Counted from the stretch's first letter, positions 30,731 through 41,598 are shown. The stretch is 64,000 nucleotides of DNA from an uncultured delta proteobacterium (GCA_963776345.1 CAVZMH010000016.1:736001-800000); one strand, 5' to 3'. Numbers and translations: made by a program. Notes: a model not told the origin generated them from the letters alone.

Positions 30731-31837
30731 ATCGAGCCCTGCGGGTCGGCGCCGCGGTGCTCCCACCGCTGCTGGTCTTCGGCGCGGTTCGATGGCTCTT
30801 CGCCGTGGCCGCCGCGGCGGTCGGCCTCGATGCCTCGCGCCCCGGGAGCTGGGTGCGCTGGGACGCCCGGCACTACCTGGCGATCGCCACCACGGGGTAC
30901 GAGTACTTCCCCTGCCCGCCGAGCTTCGGGCGGCCCTGGGAGGCCTGCGGCAACGCGGCGTGGTTCCCGCTGTACCCGTGGGCGATGCGGCCGCTGATCG
31001 CGCTCGGGGCCGCGCCGGCCACGGCGGGGTTCTGGGTGGCGGGCCTCGGCGCGCTGGGGATGCTGATCGCCCTGTGGAAGGCTTCCTGCGACGGCGCGGC
31101 CTGCGAGGGTGGCTGGTGCTGGGCCTGGCGGGGGTCTTTCCGGGCGCGGTGTACCAGCACGCGATCTTCCCGACCTCGCTCGCGCTGCTCTGCCTCGTGC
31201 TCGCCGGCTTCTTCGTCGCGCGCGGGCGTGGGTGCTGGCCGGAGTGGCCGGCGCCGGGGTGGCGCTGTCGTACGTGACCGGCGTCCTGGTGTCCGGGCCG
31301 AACGCGGCGGCGGCCTGGCTGCGCACCCGAACGCTCCGGCCGGCGCTCGTCGCCGGCGGGCTCGCCGCGGCCGGCCTGGGGCTGGTCCTCGTGCTGCACC
31401 AGCTGCTGCTCGGGCACTGGGACGCGTTCTACTGGGTGCACGAGAAGGGGTTCCCGGCCATGGCGCGGCCGGTGGACGCGTTCCTCGGCGTGGTGGGGCC
31501 GGCCTTCGACGCGGCCTCCGACCCGCGGGCGCGGACCGCCGCCGCTCAGGCGCTGACCGTGGCCGGGCTGGTGCTGCTCGGGCTGGGGACGGCGGTCGTC
31601 ATGCGGCGTCGACCGGGCCCCGTCCGGAGCTGGGCGGCGCTCTCCACCCTCGTCTTCTGGGCCTTCCCGCTCGCCGTCGGCCGGGGGGTGAGCCTCTACC
31701 GGTCGGATGCCCTGGTGCTCCCGGTGCTCCTGCTCCTGATCGAGCTGCCGGCCTGGGCGCTCGCTCCCCTCCTCGTGTGGCTGGCGCTGCTCGCCCAGGC
31801 GATGGGACGGCTCTTCTTCACCGGTTACCTCGTCTGA
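30727..31837 (+). CDS. PIG-V/Mannosyl_trans2-like GT-C mannosyltransferase, frameshifts near 31080 and 31235
   Basis: RWDARHYLAIATTGY, AWFPLYP, multi-TM, SLYR near the C-terminus. Confidence 0.7.
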
Positions 31838-31975
31838 GAGGCGCGACGCTCGCCTCCGGCTTGCACCTGCGCTCCTGTTGAAGGGCGCGGACCGGCGTTA
31901 ACCCTCGCTCGGGCGCAGGGGTTTGTCTGCCCGGCCGCGGTCGGGTCCGGCCTTCGACTGCGCGGGAGTGAAACG

Positions 31976-32890
31976 ATGAGAGCGCGACACGCTTCGAGGA
32001 ACGCGGCACTGCTGGGCGCCGTCTGCGCCGCGGGCCTGCTGCTCGCCTGCAACTCCGGCACCGGCGCCGGGAACGCCGCCGACGCCCCCGGCTCGACCGG
32101 GTTGAGCGCCACCGGCGCGGCGGGCGACCGCGGGACCCCCGCCGGGTCCGCCTCCAGACCGCTGCTGTGCACGCCCTCGTCCACCCAGACCAGCGCCTGC
32201 GGCGGCATGGCGGTGGGTGCGGCCTGCACCCTCAGCCGCACCCTCCAGGACCACGACGGAGACGCAGACGACGACGCCGGGGTCCTCACCATCGCCGGAA
32301 CCTGCCGGAGCACCTTCGATGGAACCGGCGTGGCCTGCGTCCCCAATCCACCGGGGCCGCCGCCCGCGCTGACCCAGCCCTGCAGCGGGAAGTCTGCCGG
32401 CGACGCCTGCGAGGTGCAGGGGCCGTTCGGAGGCACCTTTCAGGGCGCCTGCGTCGACCCCCACGGCTCCGGAACGCTGGTCTGCGGCCGGGTGCGGACG
32501 CCGCCCCAGCCGTTCATCGACGCGTGCAGCGGAAAGGCCGCCGGCGACGCCTGCGCGCTCGGTGAGCGCCGCGACGGCGGGACCTTCGCCGGCGTCTGCG
32601 GGAATGGACCGACCGGCGCTGGCCCGCTGGCCTGCGCCCCGAACCGGGACCGCACCGCGCGGCTCGCGGCGGCCTGCACCGGCCTGGACGCGGGGACCGC
32701 GTGCGTCCTCGGGAAGGGCCACTGGGACATCGAGGGGAGCTGCACCACCCCCGCGGGCGGAGGCGCCGCGCTCTGCCTCCCGCCCTGTCCCGAGCCGGGA
32801 CACCGGTTCCCGTTCGGCCCCCATCACTGGGGTCCCCGGCATCCGTGGGAGCCGCCGGTGCCGATGAGTGGCCAGGACGCCGGCGGGTAG
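31976..32890 (+). CDS. Cys-rich repeat lipoprotein
   Basis: LLLAC lipobox; four repeats of CxGxxxGxAC..GxC..xC. Confidence 0.8.
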   Translation: MRARHASRNAALLGAVCAAGLLLACNSGTGAGNAADAPGSTGLSATGAAGDRGTPAGSASRPLLCTPSSTQTSACGGMAVGAACTLSRTLQDHDGDADDDAGVLTIAGTCRSTFDGTGVACVPNPPGPPPALTQPCSGKSAGDACEVQGPFGGTFQGACVDPHGSGTLVCGRVRTPPQPFIDACSGKAAGDACALGERRDGGTFAGVCGNGPTGAGPLACAPNRDRTARLAAACTGLDAGTACVLGKGHWDIEGSCTTPAGGGAALCLPPCPEPGHRFPFGPHHWGPRHPWEPPVPMSGQDAGG

Positions 32891-32903
32891 AGCCGGGGGC
32901 AGC

Positions 32904-33686
32904 TCAGGAGCCCGGCAGCCGGAAGCGGTACACCCGCGCCGCGTTGAGGCTCGTCGCCTCGGCGACCGCCTCGAGCGGCAGGCCCTTGAGCTCGGCCACC
33001 CGGCGCGCCGTCTCCAGCACGTACGCCGGCTCGTTCTTCTTCCCCCGGTGGGGAACCGGCGCCAGGTAGGGCGAGTCGGTCTCCACCAGGAGCCGCTCCA
33101 GCGGCGCGAAGCTGACGGCCTCGGCGAGCGCCTCGGTCTTCTTGTAGGTCACCACGCCCGAGATGGAGAGGTGGAAGCCGAGGTCGAGGTACGTCCGCGC
33201 CGCCGCGAGGTCCCCGGTGAAGCAGTGGATGACCCCGGCCGTCGGCCGCTCGGTCCGGAGGATGTCGGCACACTCCGCGTGGGCATCCCGGACGTGCACC
33301 ACCAGCGGCTTGCCGACCGCCACGGACAGCACGCACTGCCGTCGGAACACCCGGTCCTGCACCTCGCGCGGCGAGCGGTCGTAGTAGAAGTCGAGCCCCG
33401 CTTCGCCCACGGCATGCACCTCGGACCGACCGCAGGTCTCCTCGAGGAAGGCGAAGTCCGCCTCGGTGGCCCGGGCCGCCTCGTGCGGATGGATGCCGAG
33501 GGTCGCGGTCAGCCGGTCCGGGTGCGCTCGGGCCACCGCCAGGGCGTGCCCGAAATCGCCAGGCGCCTGGAATTGCCCGACCACGATGGCATGCACCACC
33601 CCCGCCGCGGACATCCGGGCCAGCACGGCGGGAACGTCGGGGTACTCGTCCGGCTCGAGGTGGCAGTGCCCGTCGACCAGGCGCAT
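32904..33686 (-). CDS. tatD: TatD family hydrolase/DNase
   Basis: DGHCHL, GIHPH, VGEAGLD, VHVRDA, HCFTG, ETDSPYLAP. Confidence 0.93.
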   Translation of the reverse strand: MRLVDGHCHLEPDEYPDVPAVLARMSAAGVVHAIVVGQFQAPGDFGHALAVARAHPDRLTATLGIHPHEAARATEADFAFLEETCGRSEVHAVGEAGLDFYYDRSPREVQDRVFRRQCVLSVAVGKPLVVHVRDAHAECADILRTERPTAGVIHCFTGDLAAARTYLDLGFHLSISGVVTYKKTEALAEAVSFAPLERLLVETDSPYLAPVPHRGKKNEPAYVLETARRVAELKGLPLEAVAEATSLNAARVYRFRLPGS

Positions 33687-35769
33687 CACTGCACCGGGCT
33701 TCCGGGCGGAAGGTCTCCTGGATCGACGAGCTTCAGCGAAGCCCCACCGCTCCCGGCCGCGAGGAGCATCCCCCGCGACTCGATGCCCCGCAGCGCGCGC
33801 GGCTTCAGGTTCGCCACCACCACCACCTTGCGACCGACCAGCGCCTCGGGCGCGTAGGCCTCCGCGATACCGGCCACCACCGTGCGCGGGTTGCCCTCGC
33901 CGACATCCACGGTGAGCTTGAGGAGCTTGTCCGCCTTCGGCACCCGCTCCGCCGCCAGCACCTGGCCCACCCGCAGCGCCACGCGGGCGAAGGCGTCGAT
34001 GTCGATCTCCTCGGGCGCCTCGTCCTTCCGGGCGGCAGCGGCCGGCGCCGGCTCGGTCCGGGGAGCCGTCACTGTCTTCCCGGCACCGGCCGCGAGGCGC
34101 GCCAGCTCCTCCGGGGGCACGAGCCTGTTCACCTGCGCCTCCTCGAGCCGCGGGAGCAGCGGAGAGGGCGTCCCGAGCGCCCGCGCCCGCGGGAGCAGGG
34201 GGATCCGCGCCGTCGCCAGAATCCGCGAACGTCACCGGCGCCGTCCCCAGCTGGGCGAAGAGCTTCTCGGTCACCGACGGCACGATGGGCGTCAGGAACG
34301 TCGCCAGCAGCGCCACCACGTCCGACGCGTCCGACAGGTCGGCGCGGGCGACCTCCGGGATCGGTCTTCACCTTCGCCCAGGGCGCGCGGGCCTGGAGGA
34401 ACTGGTTCGCCGACTGCGACACCTCCACCGTCGTCCGCACCACCGCCCGGAAGTCGAGCGACTCGTAGGCCGCCACCACCTCGGGGATGCGGGCCAGCGC
34501 GGCCTCCAGCAGCGGCCTCCCCGCCTCGCCCGGCGCCGGCGCGAGCTTGCCCCCCAGCGGTCCGGCGAGCAGCGACAGCGCCCGGTTGGCGAGGTTCCCG
34601 ACGTTGTTCACCAGCTCGCCGTTCACCCGGGCCCGGAACTCGGGCAGCGAGAGGTCGAAGTCCTCCGGACCGGGCCCCAGGTTCGCGGCGAAGAAGTAGC
34701 GGAGGTAGGCCGAGTCGAAGGCGTCGAGCGCCGTCCGCGCGGCGATGAGCGTGCCGCGCGACTTGGACATCTTCTCGCCGTTCAGCGTCAGGTGCCCGTG
34801 CACGTGCAGCCGGGCTGGCCGCTTGAAGCGCGCGACCTTGAGCACGGTGGGCCAGAACAGGGCGTGGAAGTAGACGATGTCCTTCCCGATGAAGTGGCGG
34901 ATCTCGGTGTCCGAGTCCTCCGCCCAGAGGTCCATCGCCGAGCGCGCGCGCCCCGAGTCCTTGGCCCACTTCTCGGTGGCCGAGATGTAGCCGATCGGCG
35001 CGTCCAGCCAGACGTAGAAGAACTTGTCCTTCTCCCCGGGGATGGGGAAGCCGAAGTACGGAGCGTCCCGGCTGATGTCCCAATCTTGAAGCCCCTGGTC
35101 GAAGAAGGCCTGGAGCTGGTTGGCCACCGCCGGGTGCAGGAAGCCGGGGCTCCGCACCACGTCCTGCAGCCACGCCTGGTGCTTCGAGAGCGCGAAGAAG
35201 AGGTGCTCGCTCTCGCGGGTGACCGGCGGCGTGCCGCAGATCGCACAGCGAGGCAAGATCAGCTCCTCGGGCCGGTACGTCTTCCCGCACACCTCGCAGG
35301 CGTCGCCGTACTGATCCGGGCTCTTGCAGTTCGGGCAAGTCCCCCGGACGAACCGGTCCGGGAGGAATCGCCTGTCGACCTCGCAGTACGTCTGCCGGAT
35401 CGACCGGCGGAGGATGTCCCCGGCATCCTTGAGTCGCCCGTAGATCAGCTCGGAGTAGTGCTTGTTCTCCGCGCTGTTGGTGGAGTGGAAGGTGTCGAGC
35501 GAGATGCCGAAGTCCCGCAGGTCCGCCCGGTGCGACTCCCACACCCCCGCCACCATCGCCTCGGGCGTCAGGCCCTGCTTCGCAGCGTAGAGCTCGATGG
35601 GCGTGCCGTGGGTGTCGTCCGCGCAGACGAACACCACCTCGTTCCCGGCCGAGCGCTGGAAGCGGACGAAGATGTCCGCCAGGACGTGCTCCACCATGTG
35701 ACCGATGTGGAGCGGACCATTGGCATACGGCAGCGCGGGGGTGACGAGGAGCTTCTTCTTCGCGGGCAT
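33686..35769 (-). CDS. metG: Methionine--tRNA ligase with C-terminal tRNA-binding domain, two apparent +1 indels near 34358 and 34221
   Basis: ALPYANGPLHIGH, Zn knuckle, WDISRD, KMSKS, C-terminal KLLKLTVD..VANLKP..ESRGM. Confidence 0.95.
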
Positions 35770-35881
35770 CGAGGCGTGGCGTCCGAGGGTGCGGCGAGGG
35801 CCGCGGACTCTAGCGGCTCGGGCTCACGCCTGCACGGTCAGGAGTTGATCCCCGGGCGCGGAAAGGATCCGGACGACGCCG

Positions 35882-36388
35882 TCACTGCTCGTCGTCCGGC
35901 TCTCCCCGCGGACCACCATGACCACCGTGCATCATACCCCGCATCGTCCCCGGCATCCGGGCGATGGCCAGCGCCAGCTTGGCCTTCTTCTGCGGGGGCA
36001 GCCCCTGCGAGAGCTGCTGGAACATCTTCTGGTCGATCTGGTGCATCTGGGCACGGAGGTCGATGATCTTCTGGATCGACTGATCCACCTGGCCGTAGGC
36101 GGTGGTGTCGCCCTTCGCCGCGCGGCGCAGCACCTGCGCCAGGTCGAACATCTGCTGGCGGAGCGGCGCCCGCTGGGCGTCCCACTGGGCGACCGTCTGC
36201 TTCAGCTTCAGGGTCGCCGCGTCGTCCAGCTCCAGGGCCTCGGCCAGCTGGAGCGTCATCATCATCTGCGCGCGCTGGTCCATCTGCTCGCGCCGATCGG
36301 CCAGCGCCGGATCGTCCGCCTTCTTGGGGCCGGCCGCCTGGGCCACGCCCGCCAGCGAGAGCATCCCGAGCACCATCCACGTCTTCAT
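35882..36388 (-). CDS. Spy/CpxP-like periplasmic helical protein
   Basis: Signal peptide, Met/Gln-rich helices, LPPQKKAKL (LTxxQ-like); third gene of an ECF operon. Confidence 0.65.
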   Translation of the reverse strand: MKTWMVLGMLSLAGVAQAAGPKKADDPALADRREQMDQRAQMMMTLQLAEALELDDAATLKLKQTVAQWDAQRAPLRQQMFDLAQVLRRAAKGDTTAYGQVDQSIQKIIDLRAQMHQIDQKMFQQLSQGLPPQKKAKLALAIARMPGTMRGMMHGGHGGPRGEPDDEQ

Positions 36389-36406
36389 CGTCCTGCTCCT
36401 ATCCGC

Positions 36407-36923
36407 CTATCCTTCGAGGTATCCGAACAGCCCCGGGCCCTCGAGCGACATCGCGTCGTCGTCGAGCGTGTCCACCGTCTCTTCGGTGGCCTCCGCCGCG
36501 CTCAGCTCCGGGAAGAGCTCCTGCGTGTCGCCCGCCGGCAGCAGCTCGCCGTCTGCCTCGCCGGGCAGCACCGCCGAGGCCTCGGCGCGGTCGGGGTGCC
36601 GCTGCGAGACGGGGCGGACGGACACGGTCAGCACCGCCGCCGCCGCCGCGGCCACCAGCACCGCCGGCACCCGCCAGCCCGCGCGCCCGGGCATCGGGCG
36701 CGGCGCCTCGCCGATGCGGCGCGACCGCAGCGCCTCCAGCTCGGCCGCGCCCAGGGGCGGCAGCTCCACCATGGCCAGCACCGGCTCCAGCCTCCGCGCC
36801 TCGTCCCGGCACCGGGCACACCCGGCCAGGTGCGCGTCGAGCGCCCGCACCTGCGTCCGCCGGCAGCTCGCCCCGGCGGCGCTCGGAGAGCAGGGCTCCC
36901 AGCATCTCGCAGTCCATGCTCAT
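36407..36923 (-). CDS. Zinc-finger (zf-HC2) anti-sigma factor, frameshift near 36852
   Basis: MDCE..HLAGCARC (HxxxCxxC) followed by a TM helix. Confidence 0.8.
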
Positions 36924-37537
36924 CGCTCGGCCTCCCCGCCCAGCCGCTCCCGCAGCCGCCGCACCGCATGGTGGAAGTGGACCTTGGCGTTGTTCTCGGT
37001 GATGCCCAGGACGCGCGCCACCTCGGCGAAGGGAAGCTCGCCGTCCACCCGGAGCGCGAAGACCTCGCGCTGGCGCCTGGTGAGCGCATCGAGCGCGGCC
37101 CGCACCATCCGGCGACGCTGCTCGGCCTCGATCCGCTCGGTCACCCCGCTCCCCGGCGCCGGGAGGTCCACCGAGTCGACCGGCTCGAGTCGCCAGCGCC
37201 GGCCGTCACGCGCGTGGTTCTTCCCCACGTTGACCGCGAGGCGCAGGAGCCAGGCCCGGAACGCGCCCTGCTCGCCGAGCCGCATGCGCGGGAACACCCG
37301 CCCCGCGGCGGCGAAGGCGCGGAGGAACGACTGCTGGACCAGGTCCGCCGACTCGTCCGGCGAGCGCGCGTACCGCCGCACCAGGGCCAGCACCAGCCGC
37401 TGGTGCCGCTGCACCAGCGCCCCGAACGCCGTCGCATCCCCGTCCAGGTGGGCCCGGACCAGGGCCTCGTCGCCGGGCGCACCCCGCCCCACCAGCGTCA
37501 GCTGCGGCGCCTGCCGGGGTCGTCCGCTCTGGGCCAT
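36920..37537 (-). CDS. ECF RNA polymerase sigma factor
   Basis: DLVQQSFLRAF, FRAWLLRLAVN, LTRRQREVF, region 4 HTH. Confidence 0.9.
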   Translation of the reverse strand: MAQSGRPRQAPQLTLVGRGAPGDEALVRAHLDGDATAFGALVQRHQRLVLALVRRYARSPDESADLVQQSFLRAFAAAGRVFPRMRLGEQGAFRAWLLRLAVNVGKNHARDGRRWRLEPVDSVDLPAPGSGVTERIEAEQRRRMVRAALDALTRRQREVFALRVDGELPFAEVARVLGITENNAKVHFHHAVRRLRERLGGEAER

Positions 37538-37582
37538 GGACAGGGCGAGCACGCGGGGATCACCCGCGTGGGCTCGGGGAGG

Positions 37583-38911
37583 TTAAGCCGGGCCCCGTCC
37601 CGGGGGGCAAACCGTCCACAGCAGCCGCTCGAGCACCAGCTTCCCCGCCCCGGACGACTTCAGCGCCACGTCGGCCTCGGCGCAGGCGAGCAGGCCCCGC
37701 CGCAGCGCCGGCCGTCCGTAGCGCGCCGCGGCCTGCATCCCCAGGAACGCCGCCCAGGGATGCGGCACCCGCTGTCCGTGCTGCTTCGCCTCGCGTTCCA
37801 CGCCGGGGAAGATGCGGGACTTGAACTCGTCGAAGCTGCGCGGCGGCTGGCCGCGCCCGAGCTGGGTCATCCGCTCGTGCGACTCGATGAGCCCCCGCAC
37901 CACGCTGGCGACGGCCCCGAGGATCATCAGCGCGGCCGCGCCGTGCTCCAGCGCCTCGTCCACGTAGCGGAGCGCCGCCGCCAGGTCGCGCTTCTGCAGC
38001 GCATCCGACAGCTCGAGGAACTCCTCCTCGCGCACCCGCGCCACCAGCTGCTCCACGTCCTCCTGGCGGATGACCGGGCCCTGCACGTAGGCCACCAGCT
38101 TCTCCAGCTCGGACTGCAAGAGCCGCATCTGACCGCCGAGCCGATCGCGCAGGGCCTCCTCCGCGCCCGGACCGAGGCGCTTCCCCGTGCCCTCGAGGAA
38201 GCTCCGCGCCGCCCCGCTCAGGTCGAGGTCGCGGAGGCGTCCACCCACCTTGCGCTCCAGCACCGCGCCCTGCTTCTGGGCCAGCTTCAGCAGCGGATGG
38301 CGGGGGTCCACGTCGGTCGCGGCGACGATCAGCGCGTGTCCTTCCGGGAGCCCGCGCTCCAGCGCCGAGAGGAGCGGCGAGACGTCGGACTCGGGGGCCG
38401 TCACTCCCTCCTCGCGAATGAAGGCCGCCATCTCCCGGAGCCAGTCCAGGTCGGCGTCGGCGAGGGTGATGCCCAGCTCCTCCCTCCAGGCCTCGGGGGC
38501 CGGAGCGCCGGGAACGGCCGGGTCCACCTCGGCCGCGCCCCAGCCCGCGCGGGCGACGAGCGCCAGCAGCCGCCGCGCGGACTCCTTCCGCCGCCCCGCC
38601 TTCCAGGCCTCGCGCACCTTCCCCAGCGCATCCACCCGGCCCTTCTTCGGAGCGAGGAACTCGGGGTCGCGCACCACCGCCACCTTCCGCCCGGGAAAGA
38701 GCGGCAGGGTCAGGAGCTCGGCGGCAATCTCCCGCGGGGCAGCCGCGTCGAGCACCGCGAAGTTGAGGCCCACCGCCGCGTCCGGGACCAGCGCGTGCGC
38801 CAGCGCCTCGGCGTCCCGGCGGACCAGGAACTCCTCCCCCCAGCAGAGGTAGAGCGGGCGCACCTTCCCGGCCCTGACCTCGGCGAGCAGCGGCGCCAGC
38901 GGATCGCTCAC
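37583..38911 (-). CDS. holA: DNA polymerase III subunit delta
   Basis: PLYLCWGEEFL, LPLFPGRKV, ELEKL, ADVALKS; adjacent to holB. Confidence 0.85.
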   Translation of the reverse strand: MSDPLAPLLAEVRAGKVRPLYLCWGEEFLVRRDAEALAHALVPDAAVGLNFAVLDAAAPREIAAELLTLPLFPGRKVAVVRDPEFLAPKKGRVDALGKVREAWKAGRRKESARRLLALVARAGWGAAEVDPAVPGAPAPEAWREELGITLADADLDWLREMAAFIREEGVTAPESDVSPLLSALERGLPEGHALIVAATDVDPRHPLLKLAQKQGAVLERKVGGRLRDLDLSGAARSFLEGTGKRLGPGAEEALRDRLGGQMRLLQSELEKLVAYVQGPVIRQEDVEQLVARVREEEFLELSDALQKRDLAAALRYVDEALEHGAAALMILGAVASVVRGLIESHERMTQLGRGQPPRSFDEFKSRIFPGVEREAKQHGQRVPHPWAAFLGMQAAARYGRPALRRGLLACAEADVALKSSGAGKLVLERLLWTVCPPGRGPA

Positions 38912-39930
38912 CCTTCCATCTCCAGCAGCATCCGCTCGAGCTGGAGCCGCGGCGAGGCGTTGCGCTGGCGGATGGCCACCAGCGCGTCGTCGAGGAGCCG
39001 GAACCGGCGGTGGAGCGCGTCGTCGTCCAGCCGGCTCGCCACCCGCTCGGCCAGCGCCCTCAGCTCGGGGTGGAAGAGGCCCTCGCCCCCGGCCCGGGCC
39101 ACCGCCACGTCGCGCACCCAGACGGTGAGCAGCGCCAGCGTGGCCTCCGCGTCCTCCCGGCTGCTCCCCACCTCGTCCGCGAACCGCAGCACCGTCCGGA
39201 GGTCGGCGCCGGTGACCGACTCGAAGCGCTCGATGCGCCCCCGGCGGTCGGCCAGGCGCTCGGCGTCCAGCGAGAGCGCCCGTTCCAGGCTCCCGTCGGC
39301 CAGCGAGGCGACTGCCTCGGCGACGTCCGCCGGCACCTCGAGCCGGCGCTGGACCTCGTCCCGGACGAAGGCGTGGGGCAGCGGCCCGAACGCCACCCGG
39401 ACGCACCGGCTGCGCAGGGTGGGCAGGAGCCGGTCCGGCGAGGCGGACACCAGCAGCAGCACGGTGTCCGGCGGCGGCTCCTCGAGCGTCTTGAGGAAGG
39501 CGTTCTGGGCCTGCGGGTTCATCGCCTCCGCCGGGAGGAGCAGCACCACCTTCCGGGGCGCCTCGAGCGGGCGGAGGGCCAGCCTCTCTTGGAGGTGCCG
39601 CACCTGGTCCACCCGGATCTCGCGGGACGGGACGTGGTCGAAGTCGCTCCGCGCAGCCAGCTTGCGGCGGACCGCCTCCTCCTCGGGCATGAGCCAGAGC
39701 ACGTCCGGGTGGTGGAAGCGGGACACCCGGGCGCACGCCGGGCACCGCCCGCAGCCGGCCATCGGCGCCTCGGGGCAGACCAGGGCCTGGGCCATCCCCA
39801 GCGCGGCCAGCTCCTTGCCCACCCCGGAGGGCCCGGTCAGCAGCCAGGCGTGGGGCACGGTGCCGTGCGCCAGGGCGGCCTGGAGCGCGTGGACCGCACG
39901 GGGCTGCCCCTGGACGTCGGAGAGGGCCAT
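38908..39930 (-). CDS. holB: DNA polymerase III subunit delta'
   Basis: HAWLLTGPSGVGK, CGRCPAC, HPD, NAFLKTLEEPP, LPTLRSRC. Confidence 0.95.
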   Translation of the reverse strand: MALSDVQGQPRAVHALQAALAHGTVPHAWLLTGPSGVGKELAALGMAQALVCPEAPMAGCGRCPACARVSRFHHPDVLWLMPEEEAVRRKLAARSDFDHVPSREIRVDQVRHLQERLALRPLEAPRKVVLLLPAEAMNPQAQNAFLKTLEEPPPDTVLLLVSASPDRLLPTLRSRCVRVAFGPLPHAFVRDEVQRRLEVPADVAEAVASLADGSLERALSLDAERLADRRGRIERFESVTGADLRTVLRFADEVGSSREDAEATLALLTVWVRDVAVARAGGEGLFHPELRALAERVASRLDDDALHRRFRLLDDALVAIRQRNASPRLQLERMLLEMEG

Positions 39931-40015
39931 CGGAGGACCTCCTCACATGCTCGGGCCGGACCTCGCCGTCAACCTTGACGCCGCTCCGGCGCGGCCCGCA
40001 TCCTCCGCCCCGCGC

Positions 40016-41494
40016 GTGCTGCTCCAACTGCTTCAGAGCCATGGGCTGCTCGCCGCCTGCGCGGGGCTCCTGGTCTCGCTCATCGGGCTCCAGGCGCTGA
40101 GCGCGGATCCCCAGTTCAAGCGCGACCTGCGCGGCGCGGCGTCGCTGCTGGCCGGGTACCTGCTTCTCCGGACGGTCGACCTCTACGAGGGAGCGCGGCT
40201 GCCGAAGGCCCTCCACCAGGTGCTCGAGCTGGCCTGGATGCTGGCCCTCACCCTCGGGTTCATCCGGCTCTCGGTCTCGCTCGTGCTGAAGCTCGCCCGG
40301 CTCCGCGCCCGGCCGACGCCGAAGATCCTGCGCGACGTGCTCGACGGCACGCTCTACCTGGTCGCGACGCTGATCATCGTCCAGCGCGAGTTCCGCATCG
40401 ACCTGTCGAGCCTGCTCGCCGGCTCGGCCATCGTCTCGGTGGTCATCGGCCTCGCGCTTCAGGAGACGCTGGGGAACCTCTTCGCCGGGCTCGCCATCCA
40501 GCTCGAGCGGCCGTTCCAGGTGGGCGACGTCATCTCGGTGGGCAACGACATCTTCGGCCGCATCGTGCAGATCGGCTGGCGCGCCACCCGGGTGGAGAAC
40601 AAGCGGCGGGAGGTCATCTCCCTGCCCAACACCACCTTCAGCAAGCAGGGGGTGAAGAACTACTCCCGCGGCGGCGAGCCGGTGGGGTTCGACACGTACA
40701 TCCTCCTCACCTACGACACGCCGCCGAACCGGGTGAAGGCCGTGGTCCGCGAGACGCTGGCCGAGGTGCCGGTCATCCTCGCCGAGCCGGTGGCCCGGAT
40801 CCGGACCTGGTCGTACGAGCACTCGGGGATCAAGTACCGGATCCGCTTCTACGTTTCGGACGTGACGCGGGCCAACGGCGTCCGCGACGAGATCCTCACC
40901 CGGCTCTGGTACCGGCTCCGGCGCGAGGGCATCGAGGTGCCCTACGAGCAGCGGGTGGTCCACCACCGCTTCCCGGAACAGCAGCCGACGGAGTTCCCGG
41001 TCACCGAGCGCATCGCGCTGCTCGACGAGGTGGATCTCTTCCGGGTGCTCGGCCCGGGCGAGCGCGAGCGCGTGGCGCACGAGATGGTCGCCCGCCGCTT
41101 CGGCCGCGGGGAGCGGATCATCGAGCAGGGCGCGCCGGGGCAGACCTTCTACATCGTCGCCTCGGGGAGCGTGTCCATCCTCACCGCCCGGGACGTCGAG
41201 GTGACGCGGCTCGGGCGCGGGCAGTACTTCGGGGAGATGTCGCTCCTCACCGGTGAGCCCCGGTCGGCCACGGTGGTCGCGGCCGAGGACGCGGTGCTCT
41301 TCGAGCTCGACCGGCCGACGTTCGCCCAGCTCTTCGACGAGCAGCCGGCGCTCGCCGGCCTGGTCTCGGAGGCGCTCGCCCACCGCCGCGGGCAGCTCCG
41401 GGCAGTGGCCGAGGCGAACGGGACGGTGGTCGAGGTCCGGGAGGCCAACTGGATCCTCGACCGCCTCCGGTCGATCTTCGGCCTGCGGGCTTGA
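40016..41494 (+). CDS. MscS-family mechanosensitive channel with C-terminal cNMP-binding domain
   Basis: GLALQETLGNLFAG..PFQVGD..IGWRAT..LPN; FGEMSLLTGEPRSATV. Start 39947 or 40016. Confidence 0.92.
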   Translation: MLLQLLQSHGLLAACAGLLVSLIGLQALSADPQFKRDLRGAASLLAGYLLLRTVDLYEGARLPKALHQVLELAWMLALTLGFIRLSVSLVLKLARLRARPTPKILRDVLDGTLYLVATLIIVQREFRIDLSSLLAGSAIVSVVIGLALQETLGNLFAGLAIQLERPFQVGDVISVGNDIFGRIVQIGWRATRVENKRREVISLPNTTFSKQGVKNYSRGGEPVGFDTYILLTYDTPPNRVKAVVRETLAEVPVILAEPVARIRTWSYEHSGIKYRIRFYVSDVTRANGVRDEILTRLWYRLRREGIEVPYEQRVVHHRFPEQQPTEFPVTERIALLDEVDLFRVLGPGERERVAHEMVARRFGRGERIIEQGAPGQTFYIVASGSVSILTARDVEVTRLGRGQYFGEMSLLTGEPRSATVVAAEDAVLFELDRPTFAQLFDEQPALAGLVSEALAHRRGQLRAVAEANGTVVEVREANWILDRLRSIFGLRA

Positions 41495-41598
41495 CCCCAC
41501 ACCCGTCGCCTCAGCAGGAAGACCGCATGCGCGACCAGTGGGACACCTACCGGAGCCGCGAGGACCACAAGGCGCTGGCCGAGCTCTGAGGACGGTCC

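Noticed and set aside
33686..34360. Split metG, separate tRNA-binding protein, or programmed frameshift
   Set aside because: Two single-base corrections restore a continuous MetG, no slippery heptamer was seen, and indels are widespread in the window.
35918..40015. 1858-aa giant ORF on the + strand
   Set aside because: It is an antisense shadow of holA, holB and the ECF genes in high-GC DNA; only the MscS-cNMP part is real.
37583..41500. 1305-aa minus-strand ORF
   Set aside because: Only the last about 440 aa (HolA) are protein-like; the rest is off-frame over holB or antisense to mscS.
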